A DNA stretch of 64,000 bases from Penicillus capitatus. Lineage: Eukaryota > Plantae > Chlorophyta. Below are positions 1 through 14,311 of the stretch, one piece after another (within the stretch, counting starts at the first letter, position 1; each line of letters begins with the position of its first letter). The stretch covers positions 1,708,081-1,772,080 of the forward strand of contig OZ287696.1 in the NCBI GenBank assembly GCA_965649825.1, in the 5' to 3' direction. The translations under genes were made by a program, and so were the position numbers. The notes under the pieces are model-generated. The model worked only from the letters and a program-made list of their open reading frames with translations. It ran no database searches and was not told the DNA's origin.

Positions 1-30
1 CTCTCGAATGCAAACGGCCATTGCTTGCAG

Positions 31-574
31 GCGATTGTACTCTTGTTGTTCAACGATGAGGACGAACTGACCTTCGCCCAGATCAGAGAAAGCAGCAGTC
101 TGGAAGAGAAGGAGCTCAAGAGAACGATGCACTCTTTGAGCTGCGGGAAGATTAAGGTCTTGCAAAAGACGCCGAAATCTGCAGAAGTGCAAGTTGGTGA
201 TACGTTCGCCTTCAATGAGAACTTTCAGGATTCTCGCATCCGTCTCTGCATCAACACCTTCCAGGTGAGGGAATCGGATGAGGAGAGTCAGAAAGTGCAC
301 GAATCCATCATGCAAGATCGACAGTACCAGATCGATGCAGCGATCGTGCGGATCATGAAAATGCGAAAGACGCTCTCGCACAAACTCTTGATGAATGAGT
401 TGATGACGCAGCTGAGATTTCCGTACAAGACAATCGACATCAAGAAGCGCATTGAATCTCTCATCGAAAGAGAATACATGGATCGAACGCTGGCGGATCC
501 AGGAGTAGGTCGCTTCGTACATGGGCTCACATATCACACGTTCACTCTTCTAGATCTATCAGTACATTGCGTGA
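31..574 (+). CDS. CUL4: Cullin-4-like protein, 3' end (partial; exons 31-504 and 554-574)
   Basis: Cullin neddylation-domain motifs QDRQYQIDAAIVRIMKMRKTL and KKRIESLIEREY. A GTAGGT..CTAG intron (505-553) joins DPG to IYQYIA-TGA, the typical cullin C-terminus. The 289-aa track ORF simply reads through this intron. Confidence 0.92.
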
Positions 575-776
575 GAGTGGATGTGAAGATGGGACAGTCG
601 GACTCGGCGATGCAACTGAAAGATGTCCTGCGTGTAATTCATTGTGACACTTCTGCCATCCGCGTCTGTTCGATAAGAGAGTCGACCGACCGTAAAGGAC
701 GATCGCTATCGGCATACATAGACACTGCACGAGACATCTGCACAGGAATGCCGTTGACATGCGTCGTATTTTGGGT

Positions 777-1398
777 CTATCTGTATTTGTCCATGATCTT
801 GTTCGCTTTGGCAATCGGGTCGTCGTCGTCGTCGTCGTCGTCATCTTTGCTATCACGCAACGTTCCTGACGTGTCACTTTTTGTCGAGGACTGAAACAGA
901 ATGTAGCCGATGGCTCCAATCACCGCCAGAAATACCACAGTCGACAGGACCTGCCAGACACAGCTGAGCGGATAGCTCTCGATCCATGCCATTCGTACGC
1001 ACTTGCTGAAAGAGAGAACCGATGATGGACAGGCCGATGATGGTGACGAGAATCTTTGCTGGGGTGCGCGGAATAAAGGATGGCACCCAGTCCACCACAC
1101 CATCCACGATCGCATTACTCTTTTTTAGTATATCTCACTCACATCACCATCTCACTCTTTTGTCTTAGCTTCCTTTCTTCTTCTTACCTTGCACAATCTC
1201 GCGATTGTCTCGATTTGCACAGAGTTTCATTGGACGCGTCCATGATCCACGTGACGACGGAAGACGCACCGACCGTCGTTTCAAAACAGAAAGCGACGCC
1301 CTAGAATCACACCGCTATATACACACTCAGCTTCCTTCTAGCTGCGGGTCGAACGCATTGGGCGCGAAGGCTAAGCAGATTGCACACGGTCGACTCAT
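777..1398 (-). CDS. Small two-TM hypothetical membrane protein with an acidic poly-Asp tail (5' exons uncertain)
   Basis: Exon ...IVDGVVDWVPSFIPRTPAKILVTIIGLSIIGSLFQQ is spliced (GTGCGT..GGCAG) to VLSTVVFLAVIGAIGYILFQ...DDDDDDDDDPIAKANKIMDKYR*. The (GTC)8 tract at 819-842 encodes the Asp run. Start position is approximate. Confidence 0.55.
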
Positions 1399-1859
1399 GG
1401 ATGACATGAGACGCAACGTGACAAGTGGCCAAGCTTGAAGTATTTCTGGTTTGGGTGCGAACGAGAGTCACCCAAGCGACAACTGTCTCTCAACAGAAGG
1501 ACGATCCGCCCGATCCATCCTCCTCCCATTTCTCCGTACCACCTCTGAATCGCTCCATGCAGAAACTGTGCATGACATGTGTTAGGAGATGGTGAGATTG
1601 CGGATGCTCAGAGGCGTCTCACCGAAACGCACCTGCAAGAGGGAATCGAGAAAGTGTATTCGGGGAACTACAAAACCAATGAAGAGGTGGTCGTGGACTA
1701 GATGCAAGTACTTGTACTCAGCGAAAAAACTGGCAGAGTGCGCAAAGCAGGATGAACCCACAGATGAGAGATATCATCGATCTGTCAAAAGTCGGCTGAA
1801 AGATCTGCAGGTAAAAATTCTGACAGCTATTCGGCCCGTTTTCATTCAACATCATGTTA

Positions 1860-2150
1860 CGGGTCTTGTGCGATGGACACAGATTAGAATCTGTCCCTGG
1901 AAGAAGCATTAAAACACGATCCGGTCGTTTAATCGGCACATTCACGTTCCTCTTCCCGATGTTCGGGCGTCGCGAGATTCTGCAGTACTGTGTAAGAAAC
2001 AAACCCATGGGCAATGACGTGGATACCGACAAACTGGCCCATCAGACACGTACATTTATCGGCGCAGAACTGTGTATCTGGTCAAGGAAGCAGCACTGAA
2101 TGCAGCAAGGGAGAAGAGGCTGTTATCACATTGAAACTGCATGGAATCAG
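1860..2150 (+). pseudogene. Frameshifted fragment of an FtsH/YME1-like AAA+ protease (second region of homology and lid)
   Basis: Switching frames gives EEAL-TRSGR-NRHIHVPLPDV-GRREILQYCVRNKPMGNDVDTDKLAHQTRTFIGAEL-LVKEAALNAAREK, matching the FtsH pattern ALTRPGRFDRHIVVPxPDVRGRxEIL...GADLANLVNxAA. At least four frameshifts are needed. Confidence 0.75.
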
Positions 2151-2242
2151 AAATTGTGAGTAAACAACGGCGCAATTGTAAATTAACATTGATTTTGTTT
2201 CGATAAGCTGAAGTTTCAAGCATTCCTCCAATTTCACGAACG

Positions 2243-3291
2243 ATGGGTCGCGCCAAGAAAGGAGGCGGTGGTGGCATGAAAGGTTTCGTGAAGCAAACGC
2301 GTCTCGCCAAGAGCTCAGTAAACGAGGATCCTGTCTCATCGCCGAGTGCATCCGAAGAGGAAGGCGAAGCGTCAATCGATGCTCACACGTCGACGAAACG
2401 CCACGAATCGACCGTCGACTTGACCATCGAGACCAAGTCTCAACTGCGCGAGCGACACAAAAAAGAAATGAACGCCGCGAAGAAGGAAGCGGCAAAGTTG
2501 GGTAAAAAGAAGAAACAGGAGGCGACGGATTATATTGACAGTGTCCGAGCGAGACATGAACGTGAAATGGAGGCGATTCGGGCGAGAGACGAAGAGTCAG
2601 TGGAAGAGGAAAGGACAGAGGAGACAGAGGAGTTGTCCCTTGAAGATTCGTCGCTGCGCGGCGAAAAGAAATCCAAAGCTCAGAAGCGTCGGGAGAAGGA
2701 GGCAAAACGGTTGGAAGAACGGGAGGCACGAATTCGGGAAGATCTCGAGCAGTTGGGGGTCACTGAGCGGCAAAGCGAAGAGCAAAGCCTCAAGGAACGC
2801 CTCGACGCTATCGGATACTGTATGTATGAAATCCGTCCCGATGGACATTGCCTCTTCAAAGCGATCGAAGATCAACTCTGCCAACTAACAGATGTTACTC
2901 AAAAGTGCGTTGACTGTTAGAAAAGGCATTTCAGAGAGGTACTGGCGGCGGCAGGTGGAGTTTTCAGGAGTTGAGGGAGATAACGGCAGAAGAGCTTCGC
3001 ACTCACAGCGAGCAGTATGCGCCCTTCTATGTTCAGGAGGCAGCAGAGGTGTCCTTTCTGCAACACTGTGACAATATTGCGTCGACGGCAGAGTGGGGAG
3101 GAGAATTGGAGATTCAGGCATTGAGTGAGAAGCTGCAGAAGAGAATGATCATTTACTCGGTGAACCTGGGAGAGAAGATTGTCGGAGAGAACTTTGAAGG
3201 ATCGCCCATTCGGTTATGTTTCATGCAACATGCCTATCGACTTGGGGCACACTACAACAGTGTTCGCACAAAAGCAATATCCACCCTCTAA
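2243..3291 (+). CDS. OTUD6B: OTU-domain deubiquitinase (OTUD6B-like); intron 2905-2954
   Basis: Charged N-terminus, catalytic IRPDGHCLFKAI, WGGELEIQAL and LGAHYNSV motifs; clean GTGCGT..GCAG intron. Confidence 0.9.
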
Positions 3292-4162
3292 TCTGTCAAC
3301 ACATTGCTGGATTCCTTCTCTTGAAAAACACATCACGCGATCCGCCGTCCGCACACCCTGTTTACCCATTCAACAATCCGAGGTCCAGGGGGAGACACTG
3401 CTCCCACGAGCTGTTGCAGGTGAAGCTGGCATTCTCTCTCAGGGCAGGAAGTGAATTCGAGGAAATGCTCGTGGAAGTTAGATCCCGACGCGTATTCATT
3501 GCCGCTAAGAAATCAGCACTTCATATGATCGTCGCCGATGAAATCGACGCAAATCGGAGGATCCAGAAAGAACTGGCAAGGCCAGATAAGGAAAACGTTG
3601 AATTAGCTTCTCGTCGAAATGAACGGATTCGAAGTCGATGAAGGAGTTAGGTCATGGCAGAAACGAATCTACCAGAAACCATGGGTGCTGTATTGACACG
3701 AGCTGTGTGTTTTGATCATACCTCTATCCGATGTTCATGGGCATCGAGAGATCTCAGTCGCGTGAGGCGTTGCAGGATTCCTTTTGACCGTGAGAGGGCA
3801 CAACAATTCCCACAGGCCCGATACTGTTCGACAAAGAAATCCGACTACGATCGATGCTTGCATTGTCACATCAAAAATTGTAAGATCGCGAGATGCTACG
3901 TACAAACCAAGTAAATGCAACGAACGCTTTTCTTTTAGATTCTGTCAGAATCGACCAGAGAGCATCGTATGTCCGACGTCTGAAGATGGACCTGATGCGT
4001 CGAACGAACATCGTCACGCACGTCGTTTACCACGTCCCATCATGACGTGTCATCACTTGCGGCTACAGGATCAACGAATATTCATTCATCCGTATAGAAT
4101 CGCTTGCACTCTTCATTGCCTTACTCCGAACCCATTGTTCATGAGGCAGTTGCAACAGGGCG

Positions 4163-6440
4163 ATGAAGTACGGCAAATACCTCGAACGCAAAGCAAAACC
4201 GGAATGGAAAGAGTATTACATCGATTATGAAGCTTTGAAAAAAATTGTGCGACAAACGGCGGAGTCTCTCGCGGCGGAAACAATGACGGGGACCTCTCGC
4301 ACAGCCTCATTGACGGTCGCACGTGCTCCCGATGACGCACTGCATCAGGAATTCTTCACTCGACTCAATGCCGAGGTCACCCGTCGTGGCGATGACACGC
4401 CGTTGACAGCGACGGCTGATTGTGCACATCCCAGGTGAAAAAGATCGGAGATTTTACTGATACCCTCGTCCAAGAGATCCGAGAAGCGATCCTGAGAATA
4501 AGGGACGTGTTAGATTCGGCAGAGGAGCTCCCAGCAAATACCATTTCCCAGCTCAACGAAGTACTGCACCTACTGTTACCAAAAAGCACTTGGACGTTTC
4601 TGTCATGCAGGACGCGACACAACTGGGCCAGCAATTCCTCGCAGTTGAAAAATACGTCAATCTCAACTACACGGTGTGAAATTGTGACGGCTATGATTCA
4701 CGGATGACTGTTTTGGCGTTTCAGGGATTTCATAAGATACTGAAGAAGCACGACAAGAATTTGCCGCTGACGCCATGCTATCAGTTTTACTTGGCCGTCT
4801 TACATCAGCAGAAGTGGACGCAGGGTGGCTATTCGGAACTGTTGGTACAGTTGAGCGACATTCATTCACGTTTACGCCACGATGTGACTGGCGAAAAGGA
4901 CGAAGGCGCAGCTCAAGGCTTCATTCGCTCCACTCAAAAATTTTGGGTCCGTGGGCAAGACATCTCAACCGTCAAACATCACATCTTACAGAATCTCCCC
5001 GTGTTTCGTTTTGACAAGGACAACTTTGCCGGCGATGCTCAATTGATATCTTCTGTCTATTTCGACAACAGTCAACTGGAACTCTACCACGGACGATTGG
5101 ATAAGAAACCGGGTGCCATCGCTTTGCGCATTCGATGGTACGGATCGGGTGATCCCGAAAACGTCTTCGTTGAGAGAAAGACGCATCGAGAGGGATGGAA
5201 AGGCGAAGTCAGTGTCAAAGAGCGCTTTGCTATCTCAGCTTCTCAGGTCCTTCCTTTCTTGAATGGCGATTTGACAATCGAAGAGGCGACCGAATCGCTC
5301 CGGAAGAAAGGCAAGTCTGAAAAGGAGGTGGAGAAATTCGCAAAGCTCTTTGCCGAAGTGCAGCAGCAAGTGGATTCCAAACAGCTCGAGTCCTTCATTC
5401 GAACCTCTTACATGAGAACAGCTTTTCAGATTCCGCACGATGCCTGTGTGCGGATATCGTTGGATACGAACCTGATGATGTTGAATGAGAATCCCATTGG
5501 CGGTCCGACATGCACAGAAGTGGGTCGTTGGTATCGCGACCCCGCTCTCCATCTCGCAAACAATGAGATCACACATTTTCCGCATGGTGTGTTGGAAGTG
5601 AAGCTTTCGCTTCGTGCGGGTCAGGTGGTGCCTCAATGGGTGGATGAGCTATTGGAGAGTGGTTACCTGACGGAGGTTCACAAATTCTCAAAATTCATTC
5701 ATGGAACGGCAACTCTATTTCCAGACAGAGTCCAGGCGGTGCCCTACTGGGTAGACGACGATTCTATTCGTCAGTCGATGGTGCTATCCGCTGCACCACA
5801 CATTCCAACAGCTTCTGAGCAGCTTCCTGTTGGATCGGAACAAAGGGCAAGGATCACATCGATCGATGATCTCCATCATCCATTGCTCCCGGCCGAATCC
5901 AAACTGCACCTCATGAGATCCCCTAGCGATATTCAGAAACGCCGAAGCAGAGTGCCACAAAAGGGGCCATCTGTTAACTTCATTGCACGTCTCTTTCCAT
6001 TCCGTGGACTCGAGAAGAAGAAAAGAACGGGCACTGTTATGAGATTGGAACCCAAGGTGTTCTTTGCCAATGAAAGGACGTTTATGTCCTGGATGGAAAT
6101 GGCCGTTACGGTTGGATCCGTTTCCACCATTCTGTTAGGCATTTCCAACAGCTCCAAAGATTCTGGCGTTCAGACAGTAGAGATCATATCACTGATTCTA
6201 CTCCCACTGGCGATCATCGTTGCTATCTATGCCACATTTGTCTTCTGGTGGAGATCGTCCAAAATCGCTATGAAACAGGTTCATCTCACTCTTTCTCTCA
6301 CTCTTAATATCTAAGCTGCCAAACAGGCACAACTCATTCATGATGAGATGGGCACAGTGGCATTGGGCGTGTTGATGATGGCATGTATCCTCGCCATCTT
6401 CATTGTGGCATTGGTGGATTACATAACGGATGCTAAATGA
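4163..6440 (+). CDS. VTC4: Vacuolar transporter chaperone / polyphosphate polymerase (SPX + VTC + DUF202 TM), 5 exons
   Basis: SPX start MKYGKYL...WKEYYIDYEALKK; KYVNLNYTGFHKILKKHDK after splicing; catalytic RIRWYG, FVERKTHRE and VRISLDTNL; C-terminal EPKVFFANERTF with 3 TM helices. The last intron restores MKQ|AQLIHDEMGTVALG..*. Confidence 0.93.
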
Positions 6441-6643
6441 TGATGAACACACATGTCGCCTTCTCATGAATTTAAATCTTTAAAATGGTGATTTCGTGTC
6501 CAGTTTCCACTCGTGACAGCTGAGCACCATCATCAGTGAGCGTTCAGATATCATGCGTCCTTCGATGGCAGCAAAGAAAACAAGTATGTACTCCTAGTGA
6601 GTTATCAAAGCTTCTTTCCGTATGGACAGGTACGTCTCCGTGC

Positions 6644-7594
<951 letters not shown>

Positions 7595-7675
7595 GGTGCC
7601 GAACGTTTCTGAGCGCACAGAGCCTGGAGATGATGCAATGTTTCGTTTGTGGTTTGTAAAGCGTCACATCACCAG

Positions 7676-8264
7676 ATGGGCAAGTCGTTGAGACAGTGTC
7701 TGAATGCGCTCGAGAAGATGGGCCGAAAGGCGCTGCAGCCGTATATGAAACGCGATTATCGAGGCGTGTTTCGCTACCATCCACCTACCATACCCCGCAA
7801 CATCGCGTTCATCCTCCGAAATCATTGCTTGACACACGGAGAGTACGGTCACTCTTGTGTGAGCACATCTGGAAGGCAAGACGGTCGTTGATGATGCAGA
7901 CCGTGGCCTTATGAAGATGTCTATCCTGGACTAAGACATGATATACCGCCACCTATATCGAGAAAGAAAGATGAGAGAGCACGGCTGGCACGCGAGCAAA
8001 GGTACTGACTGTTCTTGGTTCTTCATCGTGTGCCCTGATCTGGACGCGGCAGATTAGCGAAGATTCGGGAGAATATGAAGGATATGGATCAGAAGATAGC
8101 CGCGTATCGAGTACACTTGACGACAGATCGCGTGCGATGGAGTGCATCGAAGTGCGTGTGTGGTGTAGGAGTCATTGAAGGTCAAGAATGTCTCATTACT
8201 GGATCAACTGACCATGAGAAAGAAGCAGATTCGCATGAAGTACATGCGCCCACAACAACAGTGA
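7676..8264 (+). CDS. mL59: Mitochondrial ribosomal protein mL59-like (4 exons; not recovered as one ORF in the track)
   Basis: Spliced product MGKSLRQCLNALEKMGRKALQP...HPPTIPRNIAFILRNHCLTHGEPWPYEDVY...KKDERARLAREQRLAKIRENMKDMDQKIAAYRESLK..*. All three introns are GT-AG and in phase. Family assignment is by motif resemblance. Confidence 0.72.
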
Positions 8265-8269
8265 GATGG

Positions 8270-9933
8270 CTATCTTCTCTGAACGGGCTGTCTGTGATCG
8301 GCCCCCACAGCTTCCCATACAGAATTGTAATGATCTCTCTTGAGACACTCGGTCAATTCGGCCTTGATCTTTGGAATGATGGAGGGGCCTTCGTAAACCA
8401 TTGCCGTGTATAGCTGAACGAGACTTGCCCCTGGGATGGACAAGCATGAGGGAATGCAGAAGGGACGGAGACACCTGCACGGATCTTCTGATATGCCTCT
8501 TGTCCGTTGGACACTCCTCCGCAGCCAATGATTGGAATAGAGCCCTTGGTTAAAGAGTACATCTCTCTGAGAAGCTCAGTAGATGACTCAAACAGAGGCG
8601 ATCCACTTAGACCACCACTCTCACGTGCGATCTTCGAATCTGGAAGACCTACATCAAGGCAGCGGTGTCGATCCTGCTACGAGATCACTGATGGTATGCC
8701 TGTTCGTGTAATGGTTGTGTTTGAGACGATGAGTCCATCGAAGCTGCCGGCAAGTGCCACGTGTGCAATGTCCTTTCGGTCTTGTGGCGTCAAATCGGCA
8801 GAGATTTTCACAAAGAGCGGAGGAGGGCCTTGCTTTCCCCATTCCATTTCGTCTCTCGCTCTCTTCACCTAATCACAGAACCTCCATCTTCAGCAAAACA
8901 GACTGTCTGACTTGATTCAAGAGCAGCGAGAATTGCTTCTTGTTCTGCAGAGCTCGCAGACCTGTCCGATCGCTTTGAGAAGGAAGAAGCGAAGAGGGCG
9001 ATGGTGACGCACCCATCGTATTGGGCGATGAGACATTAATGACGATGTAGTCCGCATACTTCGCCAATTTCTGGACACCCAATGTGTAATCCCGTGCCGC
9101 CGCCTTCCAGTCGAGGGCATTAGATTTGTTCACTCCCAGATTCACACCGAGTCTCACTGGACCGCACATCCAATGTCAATACATCGGCGGCACGTCCTGA
9201 ATGCGAGGTTACCGGAAGGATGCGTGGTGCGAAAAAGTGAGAGCCGTTTCGAAACAGCATCGATGCCGTCGGAGTTGAAACCGTATCTGTTGATCACCGC
9301 CCTTTTGGATCACGTTCTTCCATCTACAGTTCTCTCTGTGTAGATTTGGGGTTACTTCTGTTCGGGTAGACGAAAGACACGCGGTTTTGGATTGCCGTCT
9401 TGTGGCAAAGGTGTGACGGAACCTGTACAACAGAACAGAGGTCTCGATCGTCTGCAGCGTGGCAGGCAGTTCTTGCCGATTTCGACAAAACCAAAACCCA
9501 TTTCGGACATGGACGGCATGACTTCGGCGTTCTTGTCGAATCCAGCTGCAAGTCCTGCATCCATTCCATTGTCACTCTGTGATCTGTACTGATGGAAATG
9601 TGTGTTAACCGATCGGGTTTGGAACGATACGTCCCCACAAATGCGTTTGCAACGATGACGGATCTCTGCGATTGTCCGCGGGGAGCAATCCTTTTTCGGC
9701 TGCCCAGATTGCCCAATGGTGGGCGGATTCTGGGTCCGCATATAGAAATACATGGCTCAATGTGCTCGCCATCGCAAATTTGCCGTCGATCCAAGGACCA
9801 TAAAGGGCAGCAGCTGTAATGGATCCTCCCATAACGACGGCAGGGATCATCACACGCCTCTAAACGAAGGTAATCAAAAAAGGAGATCGAAATGCGCCAT
9901 CGTCGGTCGCACCAGAATCGAACGCAACGACAT
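8270..9933 (-). CDS. DHODH: Class 2 (quinone) dihydroorotate dehydrogenase, multi-exon
   Basis: [72 protein letters not shown] and IIGCGGVS motifs across exons. Confidence 0.95.
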
Positions 9934-10022
9934 CGCGTTTTCCGATAGACTAAGTTACAAGGTGGCGCCCAGAAGGCAGATGTCGCGGCGTTGGTTGACA
10001 GGACGTTGACAGGGTGTGCTCC

Positions 10023-13000
10023 ATGACATCGTCGACGGATTTTTCCAGGAAGCTTGACGTCTGCAGGATGGTGCATCATCAGAATGGAGTCCTGTTGACA
10101 CCTATGTCGAAATCCTGTCCTCCATCACTGCAACAGGATAAGAGGCAGATGTTTTGTGCAGTTTCTCGTTCGGGGTGGATGTGTCGTCGGGTATTGCCAG
10201 CGGAAATGACGCTTCGGTATATTATGCCTCTGGAGTGCGCATTGTGGGATACAATAAGGAATCGAATGAGGTTTAGTGAGGGGACCAATTCAGGCGTGAG
10301 AATAACGTAAACGCCGGTGTTTAGATGCGTTTGCTGCCGCTCGCGGGAAATGTGTCGACGATCCGATGCATCGAGATCTCCAGTAATCGAAAGTACATGG
10401 CCTGGGTTGAGACCCGAGCCATCGAAGCGAGGGATCAGGTGTGCGGATAGTCCTATATTCAACCTCAAGAGGATCCGACGCCGCGTTGCAGGTCGCCGTT
10501 TTCAATCTACAATCCGAGAAGCGCGTTCAGACGCTGAAACTGGATGAAGATGTTGTTCGCTCTGCACACATCCGATCCCTGTCTTTCAGGTTCTCTCGTC
10601 AAGGGTCCTGCATAAGCGAAGCGTCGATTTCCTCTCGTCAGTGAAGATAGCAAGCTTCTCTTGGTACAGTGCGGTGCACCTGAGTGGGAATGTCTCTGTT
10701 GGAGATGGTACCCGAACAAGGTATCTCTCTCATCTCGAACATTCAGCTGTCGCAGACGCCGTGGCGCAGATTCTCTGTCGGATGGCGATCTCCCTCGAAG
10801 TATTGGACGCTGTTTTTCATCCACATTTTCAAAACAGCCGTACAGCGATCGCTCTGACATCTCGAGGAGTCAAGACACTGCAGATAGATATCAAGAAATC
10901 AGAGATGTCCATCCTGTCCAATGTCGAAAACTTTGAAGTGGGCTACAGACAGATGATGTCGCTTTCTTCTTCTTTGATTTCCGTTTGACGCTTTAGACGG
11001 ACTGTTGCCGTTTTTGCTGGTTGAATGATGGAATGGTCGCGATCGCCGACAAAAATAATATGATTCACGTTCAGCAGGGAGAACAGCACAAAGATTCGAT
11101 TCCATGTGAGCAACTACAAGAAGGGGAAGTCATCACACAGATTGGAGAATATCACAAGGGATTGCTTATATCGGGCGACAAAGGCTCTCTTCTCTTCTAT
11201 TACCCGACCAGCCATGGGTGAGCATACCCACCTTCTCACCTCATGCAGCGATCGACCCGGTTAGCATCGCAGGCAATCGTCAAAACATATGTACTGCTGG
11301 TATCGGACGCTTCGGGCAAAGCAAGGCATCTCATGCTTCGCTATCTCCGATACGGAGAGAATGATAACGGTCATCGACGTCTCTGGGCAGTTGGGTATAC
11401 TGAACGCTGAAGATCCCGGAAGCAAAGTGGAGGCTTCTCAGTCTGGAGCGCTGCTGAGTTCCGAGGTCAATGACCAGAGCATTGTTTAGTCCAGTCGTGA
11501 ATGCCTTGTTCGCAGAGAGATCCCTTTGTGTGGCGATGCGGATCCTTTCTTCGAGAACGCTTCGTCGATATGGACATCTGCACAACCTCCTGCTGCTTTG
11601 GCGGCATAACGCAAAGCAGGTATTTGGTTCTGTGGAGCTACGAGACGAGGCAATGCCTCCTGAATCAGCAGCTCGATCAAGAAGCGTACTGCCTCTCACT
11701 GCACGTATCGGGACACATGGTCTGTTATTCGCAGTCTTCGTAAGGGAGCTGCATCTCTCGATCTCTATTTCTGTATCAGGTCTTGGTTGGAATGCGCGAC
11801 AAGCTGCGTCTCTTCCGTATACTGTATGATCGGTTGGTCCTCGCCCAAGAGTACCCAGTCAAGAAGACGCAGGTGGCGAAGATCAGTGATGGTGGCCACT
11901 TGATTGCCACCGTCTGCCGTGCGAACACGATCCACATCTACGAATTGTATAGAGATTCAAAAGAGGCTTGGAAAGTGTTCAAAGGGCACGTTTCTTTGAT
12001 CACCGATCTGTGTTGGACGGATCACGACCAGAAGATCATTTCCGTCAGCGCTGGCGGTGCTTGCTACACGTGGATCGTCTCAACGGGTCACCGAATTGCC
12101 GAACAAGAGTGGAGATAAAGCACTTCGACGTGTCTCTTTGATATGGACTGCCTGTCACAGGTACGTGGACAAGAGTTGTATGTACACACGCGCCATCCCG
12201 GCTCAAGACGAATCGTGTCTGCTGCAGACGACATCCAAAAAGCTGCAATGGATTCGAAAAGGAAGACGGTTGAGGGAACTCGAACTCAGTCGTGTATCAG
12301 ATGATGCACCAGTGGAGTTGATATGCGGATGGGAGACGCTCTTGTATGGCACCGAAGGGAAGATTGCGTCGCGGTCTCTCGCTTTGTACGGCGGCGGAGA
12401 CTCGACGGTAGACGAGATCGACGTCTTTCCTCTGCATCACCATGCCATTGGGCTTTTGCGTTTGACGCGCGATGCGTCATTCGTGGTGACGTGTGACGTC
12501 AAGGGCGTCGTCATTTTGTCGAAGCTTCAGCAAATAGCCGACGGCGTCTTGACGGACTGTCCACACAAACCGAGAGAGCGCGCTCACGATTACGTTCTTC
12601 TAACCGTCGAAGAAGTGTCGACAAAAATTGCTAGAGAGCAGGAGCTGCAATGTTTGATTCTGGCAGAAAAGAAGAACGCCGAATACATGGTACCTAAAGA
12701 CGCAGAAGCCGTGATGTGCAGTTTCGTTCTCGTAGATCATGAAAGAAACACAATCTCTCAGAGATGCCGTCAACACTTATCGACGGGAGAATGAAGATCT
12801 TAGGAAAGAGAGTTCTAAGCACGCCAGTGCGCTGCATGATTTATCAAGGGCGGAGGAGGCGAAATTGAAAGGCGTTGTCGTTGAGATGGAAGAGAAGCGC
12901 CGCTCCGAGGTAGAAAAGATCGAAACCTTATGCAGGAAGAGAATCGAAGTGGCGACGGCGAAGCAAAAGCGATTGGAGGAAGCAAAAGACGATGCCATTT

Positions 13001-14311
13001 TTGTTATAGAAGAAAAGATGGTTCAGGCAGAGAAGCAAAACGCAAACGAGATCGAGAACCTGCACCATTCGTATCAGGTCATTTTCCAAACAGCCTTCAA
13101 ACCGTCATCCAAAGGTGCACGAGTGAAAGGCCCGAATGGACGAAGAAACGAAAAAATACGAGACACTTGCGAAAGAGAAAGAGGAGGCCGAACGAGTGGC
13201 CGAAGAGATCGTCCGTCAGCTCGAATGCGACGCCGATCAACACATCGACGCACTGCAGAGGACGCACATCGAAGTCCAGCGCCTAAGCAAAGAAGAGGAG
13301 CGTCGCATGAAGGCATATCTTGAGCGTCTGCCTGTCGATTAAACGGCTCACGATTGGTGTAGGTGGAAAACAACATTATGGCAAGAGGTATACTCAAGCT
13401 GAAGTCAGAGAAGATTGAGAACATGCGAGAGACGAGAGAATTGACGAAAGAGGTACGCGAATCGGCGGAGAAGCTGCAGCAGCAGACGGAGATGGTCGAC
13501 AAATACCAACACGAAGTCGCCGAACGCGATAACGTGATTGCCTCTAACTATCAAACCATCCAAGTCTGTGGCGCTCTATTCCGTGGTCGCTCTATCAGAT
13601 AACTAATTGCCTTAGGAGTTGAGAAGAGAAGTGCAGGAGCTGGAGAAGCACAGATACGTTCTGGGATATCAGGCAGAGAAGTATAAAGAAGAGATCCATC
13701 CGAAAACCGAAAAGATATCGAAACTTGAGGAGGATTTGAAACAGGCAGACAATCGTCGATCACAAAGTATTGACGCCGTCTGTCGTCTCAACACGCGTCT
13801 GCGAGACAAGACGCTCCACATTGCGGCGTTGCAGAAGGAACTGGCGGAGATCGGAACGAAACGCCGCCAGTCGACGTCTGACGATGCTGCCGAGGATTTG
13901 TCTGCCGAGAACACGAAACGAATGCTGATGCAAGTTGAGCATCGTAATGCTCAGCTACAGCGAAACTTGGAATCGAATGAGAAATCGTCGCGAGCGGCGC
14001 TGCGACGGAAGACGACAGAGAATCGCATTCTTCTCGAAGAGATCGCGGAGTTAAAGCGTCGTAACGGAAATCTGTCGACGCAGTTGGATGATTTGCGAGT
14101 GCAATCTGCCAGGACGTCTACGCAACGGCCACTAAGCAGCCCTGCACGACGTCGTTCGACAGTGACCATACAGAAAGCACCGGTGACGCGTCCAAGTTCG
14201 ATGCGTCAGCAAGAATGGGGAACAGTGAAGACATCGCGGCCAAGAACAGCATCGGCATTCCGTCAGCAACGGCCGCGATCTGCCGAAACGACAGGGCGCT
14301 CGATAGGATAA
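10023..14311 (+). CDS. CFAP57: Cilia- and flagella-associated WD40/coiled-coil protein CFAP57-like (start approximate)
   Basis: Spliced N-terminus LLTPIFSFG...SNRKYMAWVE; WD repeats (ALHVSGHM, FKGHVSLITDLCWTDHDQKIISVSAGGACYTW); long C-terminal coiled coil with IQELEKHRYVLGYQ-type motif and RKTTENRILLEEI. Confidence 0.82.

Noticed and set aside
25-894. 289-aa ORF suggesting a C-terminally extended cullin
   Set aside because: Read-through of intron 505-553; the true end is IYQYIA* at 574.
3300-4150. Unexplained interval with several 60-150-aa ORFs and an LRR-like LTRLRSLDAHEHRIE snippet on the minus strand
   Set aside because: I could not build a consistent exon chain or family motif; left unannotated.
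9324-10079. 251-aa minus-strand ORF overlapping DHODH
   Set aside because: Alternative-frame shadow across DHODH exons and introns; no motif.
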